From Myxococcota bacterium (lineage in GTDB: Bacteria > Myxococcota_A > Polyangia > Polyangiales > Houyiibacteriaceae): a DNA stretch of 64,000 nt. Position numbers and translations under genes: made by a program. The notes under the pieces are model-generated. The model did not search any database. It saw only the letters and a list, made by a program, of their open reading frames with translations, and was not told where the DNA came from. Of this stretch, positions 56,671-64,000 are shown piece after piece (the first letter of the stretch is position 1; every line of letters starts with the position of its first letter). The stretch is taken from positions 66,374 through 130,373 of the forward strand of contig JBCCEA010000010.1 of assembly GCA_039030515.1 (NCBI GenBank). The letters are read 5' to 3'.

Positions 56671-56901
56671 ATGGCATACGTTTGCGACATCTGCGGAAAA
56701 AGCCGCCAAAAAGCCCATAAAGTTAGTCATTCCAATATCAAGACTCGGAAGTGGCAAAAACCAAACCTTCAAAACGTCCATGCCATGATCGACGGACGCA
56801 AGGTGCAGCTGCGTGTATGCACCCGATGCATTCGCTCGGGCAAGGTGATGAAGATCTACCGAGGCAATCGAGCCCATCAAGCATCCACCGCACACGCATA
56901 G
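56671..56901 (+). CDS. rpmB: 50S ribosomal protein L28 (Zn-ribbon form)
   Basis: CDICGK...VSHSNIKTRKW.PNLQ...LRVCTRCIRSGKV. Confidence 0.97.
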   Translation: MAYVCDICGKSRQKAHKVSHSNIKTRKWQKPNLQNVHAMIDGRKVQLRVCTRCIRSGKVMKIYRGNRAHQASTAHA

Positions 56902-56907
56902 CGGGCT

Positions 56908-57900
56908 GTGCGCCGCCCAAACCTGCCTCCGGGTTGCGATCCTGATTCCATATTGCTGTCCTTTCCTGTCGCTCGCGAACATGCGGGTCAGCGACTAGAC
57001 AGGTTCATACAGTCCAGAATACCTCGCTTATCGCGAACCCGGGCCAAGCGCATCGTAAAGTCCTGCGCCTATCGAGCAAATGGCACCCTCCGCAAAGCCA
57101 GCGAGCGCGTTCGATTCGGCGACACGATACTTCTCGTCCGACCGAAGTTTCAGGAACCGGAAACGCCGCGGGATTTTGAAGTGATCCACGAAGACGCGGA
57201 GGTACTGGTGGTCAACAAGCCTGCTGGACTCCCCGTGCATCCATCGGCTACCTACCACCGAAATACGCTTACGTACCTGTTGCGCGAGCGATTCGGAGAC
57301 CACGCACCGAAGCTAGCGCATCGTCTCGATCGCGAGACCAGCGGCATCGTTGTTTGCGCTAAAAATCATACTGCCGAGCGAAAGCTGAAAGCCTGTTTCG
57401 CCGAACGAAGGGTAAAGAAAACGTATCTGGCTATCGTTCGAGGAGCGTTGCTCCCACGTGAAGGCACCGTGCGTTTGCCGATGGCCAGGGCGCGGGAGGG
57501 ACTTCACCTGCTCATGGAGATTCGCGAGGACGGCCTCCCTGCGGTTACTGAATATGCAGTGCTAGAGCAAGGCGAGTCCCACGGGCTGGTTCAGCTCCGA
57601 CCCCGCACGGGTCGGCAACATCAACTACGATTACACCTAGCCGCGCTAGGTCATCCGATCGACGGGGACAAGCTCTACGGTCCTGAAGGCGCAAGAGCGT
57701 TTGTCGAGTATATTGAAACCGGCATGACCGAAGATCTGCGTCGCCGGCTCGGTCACGACCGACACGCGTTACACGCTGCCCAGATCGAACTCGAGCATCC
57801 AGCGGATCCCAAAAAATCGCTGAGGGTCTCGGCCCCGATGCCCCCGGACATGCGCACGCTATGCAAGACTCGTGTTGCTGAACACGTCGCGGGCTTCTAA
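56908..57900 (+). CDS. RluA-family pseudouridine synthase with S4-like domain
   Basis: QRLDRF, VNKPAGLPVHP, HRLDRETSG, TGRQHQLRLHL...GHPIDGD.LYG, LHA. Confidence 0.95.
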   Translation: MRRPNLPPGCDPDSILLSFPVAREHAGQRLDRFIQSRIPRLSRTRAKRIVKSCAYRANGTLRKASERVRFGDTILLVRPKFQEPETPRDFEVIHEDAEVLVVNKPAGLPVHPSATYHRNTLTYLLRERFGDHAPKLAHRLDRETSGIVVCAKNHTAERKLKACFAERRVKKTYLAIVRGALLPREGTVRLPMARAREGLHLLMEIREDGLPAVTEYAVLEQGESHGLVQLRPRTGRQHQLRLHLAALGHPIDGDKLYGPEGARAFVEYIETGMTEDLRRRLGHDRHALHAAQIELEHPADPKKSLRVSAPMPPDMRTLCKTRVAEHVAGF

Positions 57901-57909
57901 ACGTACTTC

Positions 57910-58458
57910 GTGATTCGGAGATTCTGGCTTTCTTTTCTGCTCTTAATCGGCTGCAGCAGTCCGTCATCGCACGTGCACCGGTTTCCTCGATTTCCTCCAG
58001 AGCTTGCAGGGATTTTCGACCATGGGGTCGACCTAATCGAGAATCCATCTGCACTGCAGGGGCAGTGGAAGTCCGACTGGTTCCATGAGCTGCGCACTCG
58101 AGTCGAGTCTGCCGATCGGATCGTGCTCTTGTCGGTTCACACGATTCGGACAGATACCGATCCGAACCGAAGAACAACCTACCGGATCGTGGCGACGGTT
58201 CTTGAAGAGCTCTACGGCACGGTTGGAGATGACGACGTGCTGCTCTCCGTCTCTAACTCAGATCGTGGATATGCCGGAGTGCAACTGAACCAGTCGCGCA
58301 TCCTGAATCAGAGGTTTATTGTGTTCATTCGTCGTTTCACCGATCGAGGCATCCTCGGGCAGCATTGGCACTTGTCTCTGGCTACTACGCCAGTTCTCGA
58401 CGAAACTCTTCGGGTTTTGAGAGGGCGGGCATCGAGTGCGTCAGTTGAGTCTCCCTAG
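57910..58458 (+). CDS. Hypothetical lipoprotein
   Basis: Lipobox LIGC after a basic/hydrophobic leader; 9 bp after the RluA stop. Confidence 0.65.
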   Translation: MIRRFWLSFLLLIGCSSPSSHVHRFPRFPPELAGIFDHGVDLIENPSALQGQWKSDWFHELRTRVESADRIVLLSVHTIRTDTDPNRRTTYRIVATVLEELYGTVGDDDVLLSVSNSDRGYAGVQLNQSRILNQRFIVFIRRFTDRGILGQHWHLSLATTPVLDETLRVLRGRASSASVESP

Positions 58459-58560
58459 TGCACCGACCATCGGTACGGTTTCTCTCATGTGATCGTCGCT
58501 GCCGAAGGATGATTTGACCCTCATCGCTATGCTATCTGAGCCTCTGCATACGGAGGTTCC

Positions 58561-59253
58561 ATGCGAAGTTGGCTCAGAACGCGACTGTGCGGCGGTTTGG
58601 AGTTGGGCGGCAATCGTCCCGGTGGTGGACATCAGGCGAGACGGCCGAATGCCCGGATGCGGCCGCGGCATACACCGCTTGTCGCAACACGGCTGCCTAG
58701 ACGACTGATGCAGGCGGGCTACTTGCTCGGTCTATGTTCAGCGTTCGGTGGCTGTGGTGATTCTTCCGAGCATCGATTTACTGAGATGCAGGGGGCTACA
58801 CCTCCACCGCCGCAAGCGGGGCAGATCGAGTCGACTCGGCTACGGCCTTCGACCGCTGAGTCCAAAGACCAAAACCATCACGAGCCAGAACCGGGCGATT
58901 CAAGATTTCTGCTGCGTTCTCAGGTTGCTCAGGCGTATTCGACCGGTCAGCTGGCGAGTTTTGCGATCGAGCTCGAAACTCAGAACGAATGGCATATCAA
59001 CCAAGACTACCCGATTCGGGTGGTTTTTGATCCCTCAGGACGCCTCGAGTTCCCTAAGTCGGAGCTTCAGAGGCCGGACGCAGCGATGTTTGATGAGATG
59101 AAGGCGAGATTTGACGTGCCCTTTGTTGCGGTTACCGCAGGCGAGCATGAGTGCCGTGCTCTCGTCGACTTTGCGGTATGCACCGAAGCGACCTGCGTTC
59201 CGGTCCGCAAGAGTCTTGCCGTGAGGCTCTCGGTTGTCGATCCGCCGTCGTGA
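58561..59253 (+). CDS. DsbD N-terminal-domain-like exported protein/lipoprotein
   Basis: WHINQDYP and FAVCTEATCVP (C-x4-C) as in the DsbD-alpha Ig fold; lipobox-like FGGC. Start is either 58561 (GGAGG RBS) or 58708. Confidence 0.6.
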   Translation: MRSWLRTRLCGGLELGGNRPGGGHQARRPNARMRPRHTPLVATRLPRRLMQAGYLLGLCSAFGGCGDSSEHRFTEMQGATPPPPQAGQIESTRLRPSTAESKDQNHHEPEPGDSRFLLRSQVAQAYSTGQLASFAIELETQNEWHINQDYPIRVVFDPSGRLEFPKSELQRPDAAMFDEMKARFDVPFVAVTAGEHECRALVDFAVCTEATCVPVRKSLAVRLSVVDPPS

Positions 59254-59323
59254 TCGAGCCCTTCATCACGAAAAGAGCGAAATCGATCATCCATCGGCAA
59301 AGAGTCGTCTAAGCTTCGAGACT

Positions 59324-61555
59324 ATGTTGCTACGCGACGAGCTTTTGCGGATCCGAGAGAAGGTTCAGCGTCAATACGACTCGCAGCGTCGGGTTCTTTC
59401 ATACACCGAGTACCTCGACCTGTTTGGCATGAATCCCTACCGACACAGCCGAGATGCCTCTCGCTATCTCAAGGACTGTATCGATGCGTACGGTAGCTAT
59501 GAGGTGGAGCGGCCCTGGGGGCGCGAGTCCCGCTTTGCTCTCTTCGACTTAGTGTTCGATAGGGATGAGTCCGATCCCGCGCGTCGCAGTGATCACCTTG
59601 CAGGACATGAAGCGGTGCAAGGTGCGGTGTACCGAGTCCTGTGCAACTTTGTCCGAGAGGGACGCTCCAATCGGTTGGTCTTGCTGCACGGACCCAACGG
59701 CAGCGCGAAGTCGACTTTTGTCTCGTGCCTCATGCACGGCCTCGAGGACTACTCTCGAACCGAAGAAGGAGCGCTATATCGATTTTCCTGGATCTTTCCC
59801 CGGGGTTCTGGCGACAAGGGCATCGGTTTTGGTGCGGTAGAGCCAGCTGCGACGGACGGCGAGAGCTACGCATTGCTTCCCGAAGAGCGGATCGAGGTGA
59901 AGTTGCGCAGCGAGCTTCGCGAACACCCCCTGCTCCTGCTGCCGAAAGACGACCGAAGGGCGATACTGGCCCAGGCCTATGCGCAGCAGAGCATCGAAGA
60001 AGCTCCACCAGAGGCGGTGTGGAGCGGAGAATTGGGGCAGAAGAATCGCATGATTTTTGAAGCGCTGCTGACTGCGTATCGAGGCGATTTGAGTCGCGTC
60101 CTGGCGCATGTTCAGGTGGAGCGTTACTACGTTTCTCGACGCTATCGACAAGCTGCAGTGACGATCGGTCCTCAGATGGCGGTCGATGCAAGCGAACGGC
60201 AGATCAGCGCAGACCGAACTCTGGCGTCGCTGCCGGCTTCGCTCAGCGCCCTCACCCTGTTCGAACCCTATGGAGAGCTGGTCGACGCTTCCGGAGGTAT
60301 CGTCGAATATAGTGACCTACTCAAGCGGCCTTTGGATGCGTGGAAGTATCTTCTGCTCGCCATTGAAGCCGGAGAGGTTTCTCTGCCTTTCTCGAACCTG
60401 CCTCTTAATTCCGTGCTTATCGCCAGCAGTAACGAATTGCATCTCGGTGCCTTTCGTGAGCATCCCGAATACAACTCGTTTCGTGGACGAATACACTGCG
60501 TTCGAGTTCCTTATCTGACGGACTTTCGCAGAGAACAGTCGATTTACGATGCGCAGATAGTTCCGCAGATTCGACGTCATGTGGCGCCCCACACCACTTT
60601 TTGTGCAGCCCTTTGGGCTGTGCTTACGAGACTTCGGAGACCGAGTGCCTCTCGATATGACAATTCGATCTTGGGTCGCGTAGCAGAGTCGCTCACGCCG
60701 GTAGAGAAAGCGATGCTCTACGCGGACGGAACTTTGCCGTCTCGTCTCGACTCTGAGGAGGCCAAGGAACTCCAAAAGGGAATTGGCCGAATCCCCAAAG
60801 AATTTGATACGCAACGAGAGTACGAAGGTCTTTTTGGAGCGTCGCCCCGCGAAATTCGCTCGTTGCTGCTCGATACGGCAAATGAAGAGCGGGATGATTG
60901 TGTGGCTCCACCGGCGCTCCTAGAGCGAATTCAGGCGTTTTGTGAAAGAAACGATCGAGAATTCCTGAAGCAGAAACAGGACAACGGTTACCAGGACAGC
61001 GCTGGTTTCGTGGCCGTGGTGAGGGAAAAGTGGCTGGATCTAGTGGATGACGAGTTGCGGGATGCCACAGGTCTTATCGATGAGCATCAGCACCGGGAGC
61101 TCTTTGACCGATACGTGGTCCATGTGAGTTTCTGGCTCAAAAAAGAGCGCGTGTACAACTCGATGACGGGCACCTACGAAGAGGCAGACCTCGAACTTAT
61201 GGAGAACGTCGAGCGGCGGATAGGTGCTGGGGACAAGGAAGAATTTCGTCGCACGGTCATGGCGAAACTGGCCGCTCACGCCATCGACAACCCGGGGGAG
61301 ACTCCCGATCACTCGGATCTATTCCCACAATATCTGCATAAGATACGGCGTAGTCACTACGAGGAGCGGAAGAAACAGGTTGCAGAAGTCGCCCAGGCCC
61401 TGCGTTCCCTGCTTTCCGATGAACCGCTTCACGATGAGGAACTAAGATCTTCCGTCGACTCGGCTCTTTCGGTACTGCTCGACAGATACGGCTATGAGCG
61501 ATCCTCCGCTCGAATCGCGGTTGCGGCACTTCTGGACGATCGCTATCTCCCCTGA
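59324..61555 (+). CDS. prkA: PrkA-family serine kinase / AAA+ protein
   Basis: LLHGPNGSAKST, EHPLLLLP, GELVDASGGIVEYSDLLKR, FRGRI...VPY, EGLFGASPRE. Start taken as ATG 59324. Confidence 0.88.
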   Translation: MLLRDELLRIREKVQRQYDSQRRVLSYTEYLDLFGMNPYRHSRDASRYLKDCIDAYGSYEVERPWGRESRFALFDLVFDRDESDPARRSDHLAGHEAVQGAVYRVLCNFVREGRSNRLVLLHGPNGSAKSTFVSCLMHGLEDYSRTEEGALYRFSWIFPRGSGDKGIGFGAVEPAATDGESYALLPEERIEVKLRSELREHPLLLLPKDDRRAILAQAYAQQSIEEAPPEAVWSGELGQKNRMIFEALLTAYRGDLSRVLAHVQVERYYVSRRYRQAAVTIGPQMAVDASERQISADRTLASLPASLSALTLFEPYGELVDASGGIVEYSDLLKRPLDAWKYLLLAIEAGEVSLPFSNLPLNSVLIASSNELHLGAFREHPEYNSFRGRIHCVRVPYLTDFRREQSIYDAQIVPQIRRHVAPHTTFCAALWAVLTRLRRPSASRYDNSILGRVAESLTPVEKAMLYADGTLPSRLDSEEAKELQKGIGRIPKEFDTQREYEGLFGASPREIRSLLLDTANEERDDCVAPPALLERIQAFCERNDREFLKQKQDNGYQDSAGFVAVVREKWLDLVDDELRDATGLIDEHQHRELFDRYVVHVSFWLKKERVYNSMTGTYEEADLELMENVERRIGAGDKEEFRRTVMAKLAAHAIDNPGETPDHSDLFPQYLHKIRRSHYEERKKQVAEVAQALRSLLSDEPLHDEELRSSVDSALSVLLDRYGYERSSARIAVAALLDDRYLP

Positions 61556-61604
61556 GCATGGACCTGGGTGTCTAGGCGCTGACCTTCTAAAGGTGAGGAC
61601 CCCT

Positions 61605-62363
61605 ATGAGACTACATGTTTTGGGAAGCGGTACCGCACTGCCCTCAGCATATCGAGGCGCGAGCGGCTATGCGTGCGTCTCTCAGTCCGGGGCGGTTCTT
61701 CTCTTGGAGTGTGGCCCGGGTTCTACGCGGCGGTGGCCGCAAGCGGGGTTCGGCTTTGACGATATCTGTGGGGTCGCCTTGTCTCATTTTCATGTCGATC
61801 ACGTCTCGGATCTACCCGCGATGCTCTTCGGACGTAACGTACGCAGCCCACCTGTAAAAACATCGCTTACCATGATCGGACCTGTAGGTTTGCGGCGATT
61901 TGTCGAAGACGTCCGAGCGCTGTACGGCCGCGGCGTGCATGATCCTTTCGACACCCAGTTGGTGGTCGAAATGAGCGACGAGATGATCGCGCGCTGTGGA
62001 CCTTTCGAAATCAGGGCGCGAGAAGTACGTCACAGTCCCGGCGCCTTAGGTTTTCTGGTTTGCTGCGATGGTCGGTCCCTTGCGTTCAGCGGTGACTCCG
62101 GGCCTTGCGACGCGCTGCGGGAATTGGTGACTGGTGTAGACCTTGCCCTCGTCGAGTGTAGCTATCCGGATTCGCGGGAAAGTTCTGGGCACCTCAATGT
62201 CGCGACCGTATCTGAACTGCTGTGCGACGCTTCTGTGGAGCGCGCTGTGCTCACCCATCTCTACCCGGATCTCGACGCTGTCGATGTGGATGGGGCGGTG
62301 CGGAATCGTGGATATCGAGGTTGGTTGAACGTGGCGTCCGACGGTGCGGTATTCGACGTCTAG
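61605..62363 (+). CDS. MBL-fold metallo-hydrolase (RNase Z/BN-like)
   Basis: VLGSG, LLECGPG, SHFHVDH, FSGDSG, ECSY, HL, LTHLYP. GAGG RBS before ATG 61605. Confidence 0.88.
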   Translation: MRLHVLGSGTALPSAYRGASGYACVSQSGAVLLLECGPGSTRRWPQAGFGFDDICGVALSHFHVDHVSDLPAMLFGRNVRSPPVKTSLTMIGPVGLRRFVEDVRALYGRGVHDPFDTQLVVEMSDEMIARCGPFEIRAREVRHSPGALGFLVCCDGRSLAFSGDSGPCDALRELVTGVDLALVECSYPDSRESSGHLNVATVSELLCDASVERAVLTHLYPDLDAVDVDGAVRNRGYRGWLNVASDGAVFDV

Positions 62364-62420
62364 TCGGTTTCGGCCGATCTTGGGGCCTCACAGGTATGTG
62401 CTTTGGTGGGAGGTTGGCGC

Positions 62421-63425
62421 ATGACGCATAAAAACGACGAAGCCGACGCTTCATTGGCGACCAAACGGCGTCCGCTAGAAGACGTTCCCCCGGTTGGGCA
62501 TGAGCTCTTTAGTCGCGATCAATCTCGCCGGTTTGATGTGCCCATCGCCTCATGTCGAGGAGCGACGCGTAATTCAATGCGTCGATTCGGCGATGAACTC
62601 TTTCGGCTCGCGGAAGAGTTTCTCGGCGAGGACCTTCAACAGCGCTTGGACCGTCTCGTCGTGAGTCAAAATGAAGTAGGATTTGATCCATTCGGATTCG
62701 ACCCGGAGACGGGACGATATGTGCTGGCCATTGCAGCCTTACTGCATCGTCGTTACTTCCGCTCCGAGGTTTTCGGGATTGAAAATTTCCCCGCCGGTCG
62801 GGCACTGGTGGTGGCCAACCACTCGGGTCAATTGCCGATCGACGGATTGATGATCGGTTCCGCGATGATGCTCGATGCCGAGCCTCCTCGCTTTGCTCGC
62901 TCGATGGTAGAAAAATGGACGGCCCAGCTTCCCTTTGTGTCTACCCTGTTTCCTCGGATTGGACAGGTCGTCGGCTCGCCCGACAATGCACGACGACTTC
63001 TCGAGCGGGAAGAATCGATTCTCGTCTTTCCCGAAGGCGCGCGCGGAATTGCGAAGACGTTTGACCGACGCTACCAGCTGGCCAACTTTGGGCTTGGATT
63101 CATGAGGTTGGCGCTTGAAACATCGACACCTGTGGTCCCGGTGGCCGTGATCGGAGGGGAAGAGCAGTACATTTCCATTGCCAACCTCAAACCGATGGCG
63201 AAGCTGTTCGGAATGCCGTCGTTTCCGGTCGTTCCCCAGCTACTCACCGGCATGTTGGCGCCGCTGCCTACCCGCTACCGAATCTACTTTGGAGAGCCGA
63301 TGCGTTTCAACGGAGATCCCGACGACGATGATGCGGTGATCGCGAAGCAAGTCGCTTCGGTAAGGTCGACCGTTCAAAGCATGGTGCATCTGGGGCTCAA
63401 GAAGAGGACTTCGATTTTTTTCTGA
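62421..63425 (+). CDS. Lysophospholipid/glycerol-3-phosphate acyltransferase family protein
   Basis: VANHSGQLPIDG, VFPEG, FMRLAL...VPVAVIGGEE, FGEPM. Confidence 0.9.
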   Translation: MTHKNDEADASLATKRRPLEDVPPVGHELFSRDQSRRFDVPIASCRGATRNSMRRFGDELFRLAEEFLGEDLQQRLDRLVVSQNEVGFDPFGFDPETGRYVLAIAALLHRRYFRSEVFGIENFPAGRALVVANHSGQLPIDGLMIGSAMMLDAEPPRFARSMVEKWTAQLPFVSTLFPRIGQVVGSPDNARRLLEREESILVFPEGARGIAKTFDRRYQLANFGLGFMRLALETSTPVVPVAVIGGEEQYISIANLKPMAKLFGMPSFPVVPQLLTGMLAPLPTRYRIYFGEPMRFNGDPDDDDAVIAKQVASVRSTVQSMVHLGLKKRTSIFF

Positions 63426-63516
63426 TCCTGATTTTTGGCGCTGCTGCGGTGTGTTGAGGGGCCTGCTGCCTTCGTAGCTGCTTGCGTCGCGTTGGGATGC
63501 TTCCGATACTGCGACC

Positions 63517-64000
63517 ATGGCGAACGAGGACCAGCCAAGGAGGCGACCCAGCGCCAGAGCGAGTCCGCCGCCTCCTCGATCTGCATCGGAAGCGAAGCTT
63601 GAAGGTAGAGAGGACCGCCTAGTTAAGCCGGGGCAGACTGATAGAGAGGACCGCCTAGTCAAGCCGGGGCAGACTGATGGACTTGCTGCGCCTAAGAATC
63701 CGTTCATCGCAGCGTTGTCCGATGAGTGCCGTTCTTCAGAACCACGCGACTCGGAGCCAGGCGACTCGGAGCCAGGCGACTCGGAGCCAGGCGACTCGGA
63801 GCCAGGCGACTCGGAGCCAGGCGACTCGAAGCCAGGCGACTCGGAGCCAGGCGACTCGAAGCCAGGCGACTCGGAGCGGGAAGATCTCGGTGCGGTTCTG
63901 GTGACCGGTATTTGCGGGAGACTTGGTAGGCTTCTCACCCGCGTGCTGCATCGTGAGGAACGGGTTGTAGGCATCGACCGGAGACCTTTTCCGGACAAAC
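63517..64000 (+). CDS. NAD-dependent epimerase/dehydratase with repeat-rich N-terminal extension (runs off window edge)
   Basis: Not in the ORF track. Open frame from ATG 63517 reads MANEDQPR...(DSEPG)n...GAVLVTGICGRLGRLLTRVLHREERVVGIDRR (Rossmann TGxxGxxG). Confidence 0.8.
   Translation, partial: MANEDQPRRRPSARASPPPPRSASEAKLEGREDRLVKPGQTDREDRLVKPGQTDGLAAPKNPFIAALSDECRSSEPRDSEPGDSEPGDSEPGDSEPGDSEPGDSKPGDSEPGDSKPGDSEREDLGAVLVTGICGRLGRLLTRVLHREERVVGIDRRPFPDK
63606..63678. repeat. 36-bp tandem duplication (encodes REDRLVKPGQTD x2)
   Basis: tagagaggaccgcctagt(t/c)aagccggggcagactga x2. Confidence 0.95.
63746..63877. repeat. 15-bp VNTR, 8 full copies plus 1 partial (encodes DS[E/K]PG repeats)
   Basis: gcgactcg(g/a)agccag repeated contiguously with no spacers. 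Confidence 0.98.

Noticed and set aside
63746..63877. Repeat array considered as a CRISPR
   Set aside because: The 15-bp units are contiguous with no unique spacers, lie in frame in a CDS, and have no cas genes nearby.
63240..63998. 252-aa minus-strand ORF with ESPGS repeats, and the alternative-frame ATRSQ/RRLGA/VAWLR repeat ORFs
   Set aside because: By-products of the stop-free VNTR. The plus frame leading into the Rossmann motif is the credible gene.

Overview
This is core chromosomal DNA from a myxobacterium (Myxococcota, probably Polyangia). I infer this from the Glt gliding genes, the MXAN_5187-type protein and the myxobacterial-style regulators. The centrepiece is a rearranged gliding-motility locus: two outer-membrane beta-barrels (GltA/GltB type, 24.2-26.1 kb), a GltK/CglC-type Cys-rich lipoprotein, and a divergent operon of gltC-gltD-gltE-gltF-gltG, a TPR lipoprotein and a 3378-aa AgmK/GltI-type protein (32.8-53.3 kb). 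Housekeeping and other genes include ppk1 (partial), an Opp/Dpp-type ABC transporter without ATPases, RNase P RNA (rnpB), pdxA, uvrA, ftsY, yraN, rpmB, an RluA-family synthase, a PrkA-family kinase, an MBL-fold hydrolase, an acyltransferase and an epimerase (partial). I found no CRISPR array, rRNA, intact tRNA, phage or transposase. The most notable unexplained features are: (i) a heavily paired ~170-nt 5' leader with an alternative anti-Shine-Dalgarno pairing upstream of the MXAN_5187-like gene; (ii) a MerR-like regulator paired with a Cys-rich sigma70-region-4 protein; (iii) seven sigma70-like promoters that all have an 18-bp spacer; (iv) structured elements between convergent genes; (v) several degenerate pseudo-enzyme or pseudo-receiver domains; and (vi) recurrent short tandem duplications, two of which span stop codons. 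All calls were made by eye from motifs; no database searches or folding programs were run.
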